From a virus (Duplodnaviria; Heunggongvirae; Uroviricota; Caudoviricetes): DNA of 64,000 bases. The stretch spans positions 1 to 64,000 of IMG/VR virus record IMGVR_UViG_3300026484_000284; one strand, given 5' to 3'. Shown here piece by piece: positions 36,846 to 46,153 of this stretch. The notes beneath the pieces are model-generated. The model was given only the letters and a program-made list of their open reading frames with translations, made no database searches and had not been told where the DNA came from. Each line of letters begins with the position of its first letter. The first letter of the stretch is position 1. Both the position numbers and the translations under genes were made by a program.

Positions 36846-38027
36846 TTAAATTCTTCTTTTCGAAAGAAATTCTTCTATATTATCAATGGCAATTTTAACA
36901 CTTTCTTCTGATGTTTTTATTTTTATATATTCGACATCATCAATTATGTTATTTTTACCATCCACCCAAACCTTTATACTATCACGGGAATTCATTCTAA
37001 TTTCTATATATTGTGGTTCTAGTACATAATGAATCTTTCTATTTGTTTTATCACCTGTAACCACGATGTTCTTACTATCGATTGGTAAAATAACACCACC
37101 ATTATTCTTATTGATACCTGTACTTCCTTGAGCAGTTGAAAAAATTAAACCACCTCCACTAAATTCATCAAAAATGTTATTTCTGTCATTTACTTCAAAA
37201 TGAATCCAACTATTCATATCCCCACCTATACAAATATCGTTAAAAGCATAATAAGTTTTATTTCTTATTTCTGCTTCAAGTAAATTAAGATGTAATATAT
37301 GATAATTCCCCGATTCTTCATTTTCGTTCATTAAAAAATTCACTCTTCCACGAGCGACACCATAAAAAACTTTATTTTTGTGCCTAAATTTATTTATTGC
37401 CCTTAAAAGTGTTCCATCTCCACCATAACATTTTATGACCTGTGGGTATTCAACTATTTCAGTATATTTATCTTTAAAAAGTGTTTTACCCCAGAAGTGA
37501 ATACTTTTAAGATATTCATAAACTTTTTCCGATAAATGTTTTTTTGCTGTTATTTCGCATTTTCTTGAATGAGTAGCGTGAATACAAACTCCATCATCGT
37601 GAATCTGGTCTAATTCGAAAAGGTCATAACCTTCATTCTTAAATATAACTTGATAATTTTCATAATAAAAAGTTTCATTTTTAAAAATAAAATCTTGTTT
37701 ATCTTCGGGTTTTAAGTGGGTAAAAAATACAATTTCTTCTTTTGGGTTTTTTGAAAATTGATTAAATACCTTTTCAACATTTGCGAACCACTCATCCCAA
37801 TCATAAAAATCTTCAAGTCCAATTACTTTTAAATCAGGATATACTCTTTTTATCATCTTTTTTCTTTGTTTGAATGATAATGGATTCTTATCATTTATTT
37901 TATTTTTAGAACCCACAATAATTACAGGTTCTAAATTTTGTTTTTTAATAGTTTCAATAATTTTTTGATGGGCAAGTGTTAAAGGTTGAAATCTACCGAT
38001 TAACACCCCATATTTTTTATTCTCCAT
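36846..38027 (-). CDS. NMN/NaMN adenylyltransferase fused to an NAD-kinase-like domain
   Basis: N-terminal GVLIGRFQPLTLAHQ (HxGH-type cytidylyltransferase). C-terminal GGDGTLL, GRVNFL and FSTAQGSTGINKNNGGVILP (NAD kinase motifs). Confidence 0.6.
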   Translation of the reverse strand: MENKKYGVLIGRFQPLTLAHQKIIETIKKQNLEPVIIVGSKNKINDKNPLSFKQRKKMIKRVYPDLKVIGLEDFYDWDEWFANVEKVFNQFSKNPKEEIVFFTHLKPEDKQDFIFKNETFYYENYQVIFKNEGYDLFELDQIHDDGVCIHATHSRKCEITAKKHLSEKVYEYLKSIHFWGKTLFKDKYTEIVEYPQVIKCYGGDGTLLRAINKFRHKNKVFYGVARGRVNFLMNENEESGNYHILHLNLLEAEIRNKTYYAFNDICIGGDMNSWIHFEVNDRNNIFDEFSGGGLIFSTAQGSTGINKNNGGVILPIDSKNIVVTGDKTNRKIHYVLEPQYIEIRMNSRDSIKVWVDGKNNIIDDVEYIKIKTSEESVKIAIDNIEEFLSKRRI

Positions 38028-38042
38028 GTGCCATCCTTTATT

Positions 38043-38780
38043 TTATACTAATTTTTCCCATTGACAATTTCCTGAAATTGTCCCATTACTAAACAAATAT
38101 CTAACATTTAACTTTGGATTTGTTTCATTATAATCCCAATACCATATGTTAGGATAATCTTTTAATTTTATTGCCCCGTTTTCCATTTTAATGGCATTTT
38201 TTGATTTGTCAATGTTTTCGTTTCCTATATTTTGAAAAGCATTATAAAAAGTTGATTGCCATCTTTTTTCTTTTGATGAATTCACTTCTGGTCTAATTGT
38301 CATTTTAAATTCAAAAATATCTTTAAAATTTTTAAACCATTCATCCAAAATATGAAAATTTTTATCAGTTATAACAAGTGATAATCTAATATCAAAATTT
38401 TCATCTTTATGATTTTTTAATACATTAAACATTTCTTTATTAAAATTTTCATCTATACTAAAAACAAAAGAATCATAACCAGCATTTTTTGCTGTTTTGA
38501 TAACATTTAAGTTTCTTGTGTGTAATGACACTTTTAAATGCTTATTAAAACTTTTAGCAATTGAAGGAATTTTTGATGACTCTTTTACAAATGAAGGGTC
38601 AGATGTATCCCCACTTATTGATAATAAATCAGTCATATCTGCAAAACATCCAATAAATGATTCCCATTTAGTTGAAAAATGGGGTTTTATGTCTTTTCTG
38701 ATATTTTTGCCTACACAAAAATCACAATTAAATTTACATTTACCACCTGCTAAAATACTTATATAATCAAATTTTTTCAA
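38043..38780 (-). CDS. radical SAM protein (245 aa), function unknown
   Basis: CKFNCDFCVG (Cx3Cx2C) at residues 15-22. Compact activase-like size. Confidence 0.5.
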   Translation of the reverse strand: MKKFDYISILAGGKCKFNCDFCVGKNIRKDIKPHFSTKWESFIGCFADMTDLLSISGDTSDPSFVKESSKIPSIAKSFNKHLKVSLHTRNLNVIKTAKNAGYDSFVFSIDENFNKEMFNVLKNHKDENFDIRLSLVITDKNFHILDEWFKNFKDIFEFKMTIRPEVNSSKEKRWQSTFYNAFQNIGNENIDKSKNAIKMENGAIKLKDYPNIWYWDYNETNPKLNVRYLFSNGTISGNCQWEKLV

Positions 38781-38805
38781 TTTAATTCCTTGTTATTTTA
38801 TTACA

Positions 38806-38840
38806 ATATAATTATAACTAAAAAGAAAATAAAAGTCAAG
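38806..38840 (-). promoter_or_regulatory. consensus sigma70-type promoter
   Basis: Plus strand reads ATATAATTATAACTAAAAAGAAAATAAAAGTCAAG. Confidence 0.45.
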
Positions 38841-38857
38841 GAAATATCCCGACTTTT

Positions 38858-40273
38858 TTAAAATTTATCTATATTTTCTCTAATTTTGTCAAGTGTTATC
38901 TCATTTTTAACTTTCCCATTTTCGAAAACAACTTTTAGCATTTCAATATCATTAGGTTGTTTCTCACTTTCTTTAATACAGATAATTTCGTCATCTCTTT
39001 TAATAGTGATAACTTTACCTTTTTTAGATTGTTTTTTGCTATCTGTGATTGGGTTTTTAAACACTTCGACACCAACTTTTTTACCATCTACCATTCTTTC
39101 AATATAAGAACATTTCATTGCAAAACTGAATGTATCTCTATCTATTCCTGTTTGCCCTAATTGTGTTCCACTACCAAAAACAAAATTTTCAGCAGCATAT
39201 CCTTTTTCTATGAATGTTTTAAGAATATTTTCGATTGTAGTTGGATTTATTCCATCGCTCCAAAGGATTCCTGCCCAACTGCTTGCTTTCTTTCCATTTA
39301 TTTCAATATCAAAAACATTATTTTTTTCCATAATTTCAAGTATTTTAGAAATCACTTCGATTGGATTACCACTATCTGGACGAATGACAATTTTTTGTTT
39401 TCTCTCTTGAATTTTACTTCTTATATAAGAATTTTCACTTGTAACTTTTTCCACGAAATTAAAAACATCGTAACTATCTGCCACAAATGATAGAATCGCA
39501 CCTTCTTTGTCATTTTCTTTGACCATTCTTTCTACAAATTTTATTTCTTTTTCGGTTGAACCCTCAGCATTTGCCGTAGTTGAACTATGTTCTGTCGCGA
39601 AAACACTAAAAGCACTTATTTCAGCACCATAGTAATCTCTTGCGAATTTAAGTGAATTAAAATTATCCGTTCCCATAAAAATACAATTATGAGCAAAACC
39701 ACTTATTGCTGCTGATTCTACACTTGTCATACTTCTATCCCCAAAATTGTGGTATGCAAATCTTGCCCATTCTTCACTTCCGTATTTTTTAAGCATTTCA
39801 AAAACTTGTTTGCTTTTAGTCGTGATAACAGTTGGATACCATATTTTCATAAGCATTGTTTCTACCCAACCAACGACCCAAGGAACATTTTCGTCAGTGC
39901 TTTCTACCACTACAAGTGGCACTCCAGGTTTAACTTTTACACCCTCTTCAACTGCTTTTATTCTGATGGGTATTTTACCATTTAGTTGCTTAGCAATATA
40001 CATCCATCCGTCATAATTGAAATCTATTCCGTGAAATTTTGCGAATTCTGCTGCTTCTTCAACCGATTCAGTTGTAATTTTTTGACTAAGGTATCTTTTT
40101 ATATAGTATTGAAGACCACTTATAGTGATTTCTTCAGGTCCTTTTCTTGCTTCGATATAATCATACATATAACTCATATCTTTTGGGTATTGTTTATGGT
40201 GCCCATACTTATAACTATCTGCCATCATTATGATATTTTCATTTTTCATTTTATTTCTCCTTAAATTTAACAA
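38858..40273 (-). CDS. nadV: nicotinamide phosphoribosyltransferase (NadV/NAMPT)
   Basis: N-terminal MMADSYKYGHHKQYP matches the NAMPT TDSYK..H motif. About 470 aa, the typical size. Confidence 0.7.
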   Translation of the reverse strand: MLNLRRNKMKNENIIMMADSYKYGHHKQYPKDMSYMYDYIEARKGPEEITISGLQYYIKRYLSQKITTESVEEAAEFAKFHGIDFNYDGWMYIAKQLNGKIPIRIKAVEEGVKVKPGVPLVVVESTDENVPWVVGWVETMLMKIWYPTVITTKSKQVFEMLKKYGSEEWARFAYHNFGDRSMTSVESAAISGFAHNCIFMGTDNFNSLKFARDYYGAEISAFSVFATEHSSTTANAEGSTEKEIKFVERMVKENDKEGAILSFVADSYDVFNFVEKVTSENSYIRSKIQERKQKIVIRPDSGNPIEVISKILEIMEKNNVFDIEINGKKASSWAGILWSDGINPTTIENILKTFIEKGYAAENFVFGSGTQLGQTGIDRDTFSFAMKCSYIERMVDGKKVGVEVFKNPITDSKKQSKKGKVITIKRDDEIICIKESEKQPNDIEMLKVVFENGKVKNEITLDKIRENIDKF

Positions 40274-40857
40274 TTACATTGTCCATCTGTTTTTAAAATA
40301 ACTTTGTATCCATAACCCATTTTTTTAATTTCAATCGTTTTTTCAATTAAAAATGTAATATCTTTTATAAAAAAGTTATCGTCATCACAATAAATAGACT
40401 TGCAAAATTCATTATCTTTATTTGCTATAATATAACCTTCTTCAATTATTGTGTCCGAATCCAATTTCAAATCTTCAACTTGTTTTTCTGAAACTTTTAT
40501 TTTTGATATTCTATAAACCTTGGATCTATGACAATAAGCAATATCACTCATCATTTGCTCATATGCCTCTTCTGGAATGCCATTTTCATATTCTTCATTC
40601 CATTTCAACTTAATTGTATCATATTCACTTTTTAATAATAAATTTTGTTTATATTTTTTTAATAAATTTATCACTTCTTCTGAACTTAAAATATCTTCAT
40701 CAACTTTTCCCAAATACTTGATGTTTCCAAATTCTACACCATTTTCTTTTTCTATAACTTTTACTTTTATATCTACTTTTGCTTTATAACTCGCACATTC
40801 GCCCATTTTATTCTCCTTTTTCAATTCCAATTCTAAATTCTTTACCCAATTCATCAA
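40267..40857 (-). CDS. hypothetical Cys-terminal protein (196 aa), paralogue of 60110..60667
   Basis: MGECASYKAKVDIKVKVI...ILKTDGQCNC aligns with MGSCANYKTNVCVKVKAI...IIEGDGYC. Confidence 0.35.
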   Translation of the reverse strand: MMNWVKNLELELKKENKMGECASYKAKVDIKVKVIEKENGVEFGNIKYLGKVDEDILSSEEVINLLKKYKQNLLLKSEYDTIKLKWNEEYENGIPEEAYEQMMSDIAYCHRSKVYRISKIKVSEKQVEDLKLDSDTIIEEGYIIANKDNEFCKSIYCDDDNFFIKDITFLIEKTIEIKKMGYGYKVILKTDGQCNC

Positions 40858-41200
40858 AATAACTTATTTTATAATCTTCTAATGCTGGGAAACAATAATC
40901 TAAATCTGCCCACATTTCATTCATAACATCTAACATCCAATTATATTTTTCGTCTTCATCATTTATAACATCGATTAAACCAATTTCTTCTAACATTTTT
41001 ATTGCTTCATTCGGTTCAATAGTTCTATGTTCGAATTTGTTTTTATAGTACTCATATAATTTTATATATCTCATAACTTCATCTTCATTAGAAACATAAA
41101 AAATTTCTCTTGATGACTTATCACAACAACTAAATACTGCTTCGATTTTATAAACTTCTTTAAGTGTTACTTCTTTACCTAATTTTAATGTATAACTCAT
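40808..41200 (-). CDS. hypothetical protein (130 aa)
   Basis: Tiling ORF. Confidence 0.3.
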   Translation of the reverse strand: MSYTLKLGKEVTLKEVYKIEAVFSCCDKSSREIFYVSNEDEVMRYIKLYEYYKNKFEHRTIEPNEAIKMLEEIGLIDVINDEDEKYNWMLDVMNEMWADLDYCFPALEDYKISYFDELGKEFRIGIEKGE

Positions 41201-41210
41201 TTTTTCTCCT

Positions 41211-42215
41211 TTAATTGTTTAAATTTAAAATTCCAAATCTTTTTAATAAGAATTCATTTATTCCATTTTCTTTTAATTGAATGGCATCAATGTTTCTTTC
41301 CATCTCATTACATACACATATTAAATTACCACTACCAGCAAAACAATCTAAAACATTATCATTTTTGTTAGTTGTTTGTTCTACTAAAAATTTTAGTAAT
41401 TTTACAGGTTTTGGGTTCATAAAATTAAACTCAATTCCTTTTTCTTTTAACTCTTTTTTTAACCTTTCTTTCTCTTCTTTTGTTAAAAATGTTCCTAAAA
41501 AAGTAGTTAATTGTTTATTATTTTTATATGTACCAATATATTCTTTTCTTCCAATATATTTACCAGTTGAAAATAATAAACCTTCTTCTTTCCATTTTTC
41601 AATTTTTTCTTTTGTGTAAGGAGTTTCAAATTTATGAATTTTATCTTCTAACTCAATTTCAACCTCCTTAAACCCTTGATTGAATCTTTGAAGATATTGA
41701 ACTTTATAATATCCTCCTTCATCTTTTTTAAAAGTCGATAAATCTCTTTCTTTTCCTTTGTACTTGAATTTATTTTTATCTTTTCCATAAACTAAAATAT
41801 ATTCGTGATTATTAACTACAAGATTTTTTGTAGGAATGCCTTGTGCTGATTCCTTTGTTACCCAAACGAATTCATTTATAAAATTTTTTTCATCGAATAT
41901 ATCTTCAGCAACACATTTTAAATGATGAAACATTTTATAATTTATCGCCATTAAAATAACACCATCTTCTTGTAATAAATCCTTTGTCAATTTTAATCTT
42001 TCAATTATAAATTGTTTCCATTCATTTTTATTCATACAATCTTTGTAGGATTGCCTACTGCATGTGTTATATGGTGGGTCAAAAAATATCATTTTGTATT
42101 TTTTATTTTCCCGTTTTAACTTTTCCATAACATTCAAATTGTCATCAATATATAACATTTTAATTGCCTTTTCGTTATTTTTTATAATTATAACAAAAAA
42201 CATTTCAAAAGTCAA
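41211..42215 (-). CDS. DNA methyltransferase (beta-class N6-adenine/N4-cytosine, DPPY motif)
   Basis: Motif IV IFFDPPYN near the N-terminus. Motif I VLDCFAGSGN near the C-terminus (beta-class order). Confidence 0.6.
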   Translation of the reverse strand: MTFEMFFVIIIKNNEKAIKMLYIDDNLNVMEKLKRENKKYKMIFFDPPYNTCSRQSYKDCMNKNEWKQFIIERLKLTKDLLQEDGVILMAINYKMFHHLKCVAEDIFDEKNFINEFVWVTKESAQGIPTKNLVVNNHEYILVYGKDKNKFKYKGKERDLSTFKKDEGGYYKVQYLQRFNQGFKEVEIELEDKIHKFETPYTKEKIEKWKEEGLLFSTGKYIGRKEYIGTYKNNKQLTTFLGTFLTKEEKERLKKELKEKGIEFNFMNPKPVKLLKFLVEQTTNKNDNVLDCFAGSGNLICVCNEMERNIDAIQLKENGINEFLLKRFGILNLNN

Positions 42216-42216
42216 T
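42183..42216 (-). promoter_or_regulatory. consensus-type promoter
   Basis: Plus strand reads TATAATTATAACAAAAAACATTTCAAAAGTCAA. Confidence 0.4.
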
Positions 42217-42227
42217 AAAAATGGGAT

Positions 42228-42803
42228 TTATTTTTTATTGTTTTCATAAAAATTTATAGCATTTATGATTTTTTCAACTTGCATCATTCCTATTTCAGAA
42301 TTTCTTACCTCCATTTTATTTATAATTGAAATTATTTTAGTCATTGTCAAATCATCAAATAAACTATAAACATTTTTAAAATAATTGAATTCTTCTGACC
42401 ACTCAATTTTTTCTTCTTTTTTTGATGTTTGATGAATAATATATGCGATTTTTTTAACATCCATAAAAATAATTAAAAAATCTTCAAGTAATTTGTAAAA
42501 TAATTCTATATCAATATAACCACCTACTCTGTTTTTCAAAAAACCATATATAACACCAATGGCATATAAAACTACATCTTCTTTTGAATTTATTTGTATT
42601 AAACTCATTTTCATTCCATAAACGAATTTTGCTAATTGTATTAAACCTGGAATTTCTTGCATAAGAATGGGGATATTATCATTTTCTAATTTGTATCTTA
42701 ATTCTTCATTTGGAATAAAGACATTTATTTTATCCCCAGATGAAGTAACAAATTTTCCCTTTAGCCCTTCTTCGTTTAAAGCATTTTTTATTATTTCAAA
42801 CAT
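42228..42803 (-). CDS. hypothetical protein (191 aa)
   Basis: First ORF after a degenerate promoter at 42840..42875. Confidence 0.3.
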   Translation of the reverse strand: MFEIIKNALNEEGLKGKFVTSSGDKINVFIPNEELRYKLENDNIPILMQEIPGLIQLAKFVYGMKMSLIQINSKEDVVLYAIGVIYGFLKNRVGGYIDIELFYKLLEDFLIIFMDVKKIAYIIHQTSKKEEKIEWSEEFNYFKNVYSLFDDLTMTKIISIINKMEVRNSEIGMMQVEKIINAINFYENNKK

Positions 42804-42912
42804 TTTAACTCCTATTTTAAATTTTTTTATATATTTTTTTTATAATTATATCAAAAAGAAAATAAAAATTAAGTTTATAAAAAGTTATTAAATAAATTTA
42901 AAAGGAATAAAA

Positions 42913-43548
42913 ATGATATTAAAATATAATTTTGAAGAATCTAATAACATAAAAAGATTAAAAAAAGATTTTACACTTGATGTAGAAGAATTAACATTTG
43001 AAAAACATAACATAAATATACCTGACAATTTTCATATAGGAGTAATTTTTGGAAATTCTGGAAGTGGTAAAAGTTTATTAGGTAGAGATTTAATTAAACA
43101 AGGTCATAATTTTATTGAAAATATAGACATCAAAAATAAAAATGAACCTGTAATAAATTTAGGAGAGTATAATGAAATTGTTAATAGATTTCAAGCAGTT
43201 GGGTTTAACACCATCCCACAATGGATATTACCTTTTAATAAGTTGAGCAATGGACAAAAGTATAGAGTAGCAGTCGCATTTAATTTAAACGATTATACAA
43301 TTTTTGATGAATTTACTTCCTTTATAGACAGAAATACTGCCATAAGTTTATCCGTGTCTTTATCAAAATATATCAGAAAAAATAATCTTAAAAATATAAT
43401 TTTGATAACACCACACCACGATATAATAGATTATTTAGAACCTGATTGGGTATATAATACTAATGAAAGGGAATTTTATAAGAATGAATTATTTTTTAAT
43501 GAAGTTAAAAACCCAAAAGAAGGATTTTTAGAAGTTGAAGATAAGTAA
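42913..43548 (+). CDS. stand-alone ABC-type ATPase domain protein (211 aa); the only convincing plus-strand gene
   Basis: Walker A GNSGSGKS, signature LSNGQK, Walker B IFDEFTSFID, H-loop ITPHH. SD AAAGGAATAAAAATG. Confidence 0.55.
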   Translation: MILKYNFEESNNIKRLKKDFTLDVEELTFEKHNINIPDNFHIGVIFGNSGSGKSLLGRDLIKQGHNFIENIDIKNKNEPVINLGEYNEIVNRFQAVGFNTIPQWILPFNKLSNGQKYRVAVAFNLNDYTIFDEFTSFIDRNTAISLSVSLSKYIRKNNLKNIILITPHHDIIDYLEPDWVYNTNEREFYKNELFFNEVKNPKEGFLEVEDK

Positions 43549-43560
43549 GTCCAACTTCCT

Positions 43561-43836
43561 TTAATTTAAGATTTTAGGTTCAAAAAAAGCAATCACTAAT
43601 GCAGGTGTTTCTTGAAGTGTTTCTCCGTCAATTTTATAACCAACCATTTTGTTTGCTTTTCTATCAAATAACACTAAAAATTCTTCGCCATCTTTTTCAA
43701 TAGTTGTAAAAACAGGTTCTTTATCTTTAATGTCTTTGTTATTTTGAACGATTCTTTCATATGTTTCTTTATCTAATATCTTGAATACATTTACTTCTTC
43801 ATCGATTTTTTTGTTTTCTAAAATTTCTTTTAGCAT
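43561..43836 (-). CDS. hypothetical protein (91 aa)
   Basis: Tiling ORF. Confidence 0.3.
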   Translation of the reverse strand: MLKEILENKKIDEEVNVFKILDKETYERIVQNNKDIKDKEPVFTTIEKDGEEFLVLFDRKANKMVGYKIDGETLQETPALVIAFFEPKILN

Positions 43837-44580
43837 TTATTTTCCTTCAAATTCTTTTATTTCATTTCTAAGAATTTTTCTTTTATTTTTGTCCGTTTCA
43901 TTTTTGAGTTGTTTTCTTAACTCAATTAAAATGAATGGGTCTTTTGATTTATTTAATTTTATTTTATAATTTTTTTTGAAATTATTTCCAATATAATTAT
44001 ACCTAAATAAAATATCTTCCTTTCTTAATGACTTAAAACCTTTTGTTTTATCTCCGTCTGCTTTTTGTGGTAACTTTCTTTTATTTCCAAATGTCGGTTG
44101 CCATAACTCACTTTTTTCGAGATAATATCCTAACTTGTTATGAAAAGTTGATATAAACATTTTTATATTTTTTTGTTTATAAAATTCAGAAATACTATCA
44201 ATGATAATTCTACCAAATCCCATTCCTTGGAATTCAGGTAAAACGACTAATCTACTCAATCTACGAGCATTGTGGTATTTATGAATTTGAAATAAAACAG
44301 CGACACAACCGACTAAAACTTCTTCAATTTTACCATTATCTTCTTTTAACCAATAATAAGTATAAAATTTACTTGATGATGGGAGTGTTTTTTCAACAGG
44401 CTGATTAAAAGTCATATAATGGAAAGAATGAAATGTTTTCCATAAATGTTTTTCTCCTTCCTTAATAATAACTTTTAATCTAGGCCTTTTGAATAGTTTA
44501 TATTTCATTTTTGATATAATTCCATTTTGTATAAATGAAAATTGATTTCCAATCACTATTTTCAAAAAGTTGATTTTCAT
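43837..44580 (-). CDS. GNAT-family N-acetyltransferase
   Basis: Acetyl-CoA motif LVVLPEFQGMGFGRIIID. The true start is probably the internal Met (MKYKL, ~44508), which would avoid the overlap with the Nudix gene. Confidence 0.55.
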   Translation of the reverse strand: MKINFLKIVIGNQFSFIQNGIISKMKYKLFKRPRLKVIIKEGEKHLWKTFHSFHYMTFNQPVEKTLPSSSKFYTYYWLKEDNGKIEEVLVGCVAVLFQIHKYHNARRLSRLVVLPEFQGMGFGRIIIDSISEFYKQKNIKMFISTFHNKLGYYLEKSELWQPTFGNKRKLPQKADGDKTKGFKSLRKEDILFRYNYIGNNFKKNYKIKLNKSKDPFILIELRKQLKNETDKNKRKILRNEIKEFEGK

Positions 44581-45037
44581 TTAACCAAACAATTTTTTCA
44601 TCCTCGTCTGCCCCTACAAATTTCGCATTTGTTACATCAACGACATAACCTTTAAGCATTTGATTTGATTGGGTTGAAACCATTGTCTCACCTATATAAG
44701 TAATATCTTTCTCATCAACACTATATCCTGCTTCTTCTTTAACTTCTTCAATAACGATTTCTTCTGGGTTGATATTTTTATCTAAACTACCACCAAAAGC
44801 AGTTGCTAATCTTTTTATGCCCCTTTCATATAAAGGAGGTTTGATTTCTTGGATAAGACCAATTTTGTCCTTATCAATTAAAATGAAAGCAACACTATCC
44901 ACTCCCGCTCTTTCTGAAAATAAATAATATCCATCCGCTCTTTTAATCGTCATAAAAGGTTCGCCATTAAGTGGATTTTTACCTTCACTTTCCCATAGAA
45001 CTTCTGGTATCTCTTTTTGCATAAATTCTTTATTCAT
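44498..45037 (-). CDS. Nudix hydrolase
   Basis: Nudix box GGSLDKNINPEEIVIEEVKEEAGY (Gx5Ex7-[RK]ExxEExG). Confidence 0.55.
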   Translation of the reverse strand: MNKEFMQKEIPEVLWESEGKNPLNGEPFMTIKRADGYYLFSERAGVDSVAFILIDKDKIGLIQEIKPPLYERGIKRLATAFGGSLDKNINPEEIVIEEVKEEAGYSVDEKDITYIGETMVSTQSNQMLKGYVVDVTNAKFVGADEDEKIVWLNENQLFENSDWKSIFIYTKWNYIKNEI

Positions 45038-45052
45038 TTTTACTCCTATTTA

Positions 45053-45358
45053 CTAACTAAAAATTTCTATTGTTACATAGTTGTTACCTGTTTTAATAAA
45101 ATCTTGATTTATATCAATATCAATGTCTTTTATTCCGTGTATTTCAAATGCATCTAAAATCAATTCTTTAATATCATTCATATCCATTTGAGATAATATA
45201 CTTATTGATGTGAATGTTATTTCATCATTTGAAAATTTCAAATCTTTTATGATATATGTATTTTTTAAACTTTTTCTTATTTTATCTTGTATATATTTGT
45301 CCATAGTTATTCCTTTTAATTTACTCTGAGTTTGCCTTTTCATAAATGTAATTTTCAA
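45053..45358 (-). CDS. hypothetical protein (101 aa)
   Basis: Tiling ORF. Confidence 0.3.
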   Translation of the reverse strand: MKITFMKRQTQSKLKGITMDKYIQDKIRKSLKNTYIIKDLKFSNDEITFTSISILSQMDMNDIKELILDAFEIHGIKDIDIDINQDFIKTGNNYVTIEIFS

Positions 45359-45509
45359 ACTCTTTTAATGCTTTTTCTGCTTTTGCGAATAACTCTTTTG
45401 ATTTTTCATCAGGCATATCATTGGCAGTATAACAATATAATATAAAGTAACTTAAACCTTCATCTTCCACTATATTTACTAACTCTTTAAAATTTTCAAA
45501 AGTACTCAT
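45321..45509 (-). CDS. hypothetical protein (62 aa)
   Basis: Short tiling ORF. Confidence 0.2.
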   Translation of the reverse strand: MSTFENFKELVNIVEDEGLSYFILYCYTANDMPDEKSKELFAKAEKALKEFENYIYEKANSE

Positions 45510-45898
45510 TCTTGACTCCTTAAATGATTGTTTATTTTTTCTAGATTTAACTCTATCATTTGACTACCATCTTTTGGGTACAATATAATCCAACTTGGCA
45601 AATCTCCGTCTTGACCATCTAATTCGATATGGTATTTTTTCCAATCAGTATAAATATCTTGTCTTTTACCACTGAACTTACCTGTCATCAATGGAAAAAA
45701 TGTCAAATATGCTTTAATAGCATTTGCTTCATTTGAATACTTTGAATCTAAATCAACACTCACATATATGAGTTCTTTAATTGCTTCGTCTGATAATTTT
45801 TTAATTTTTGATTGTGATATATGGTCTCCACTTACACCATATTTTGAAGTTAAAATTTTACTCAATTCATCACTTAAAATTGTATCTTTATAACTCAT
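45506..45898 (-). CDS. hypothetical protein (130 aa)
   Basis: First ORF after the promoter at 45919..45955. Confidence 0.3.
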   Translation of the reverse strand: MSYKDTILSDELSKILTSKYGVSGDHISQSKIKKLSDEAIKELIYVSVDLDSKYSNEANAIKAYLTFFPLMTGKFSGKRQDIYTDWKKYHIELDGQDGDLPSWIILYPKDGSQMIELNLEKINNHLRSQE

Positions 45899-45918
45899 TT
45901 TTTGTTCCTTTTTGTTTA

Positions 45919-45955
45919 TATTATAATTATACTGAAAAAAGAAACAAAAGTCAAG
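45919..45955 (-). promoter_or_regulatory. consensus sigma70-type promoter
   Basis: Plus strand reads TATTATAATTATACTGAAAAAAGAAACAAAAGTCAAGT. Confidence 0.45.
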
Positions 45956-46153
45956 TGTTTTTTCAATTTATTTTTAATTTTTTTTCAATTTTTATAAGGA
46001 TTTTAAACAAATCATCCTCATTGATATAAAACAAATCTTTGTTTTCTTTTTTTGCTTCATCTGAGCAAAGTGTCATAAGTTGGCCTATTCTCAAATCACT
46101 TTTTTTGATAATTAAATCTATTTTATTAGTAACTTTATTCATATTTCATTCCC

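Noticed and set aside
38886-40264. Cluster of five to seven plus-strand ORFs (60-110 aa) within 38858..40273
   Set aside because: All lie antisense to the well-supported NadV gene and translate to low-complexity Phe/Ile/Ser-rich sequences typical of shadow ORFs in AT-rich DNA. The same applies to the other plus-strand ORFs in the track (e.g. 491..688, 1276..1554, 9131..9511), except 42913..43548.
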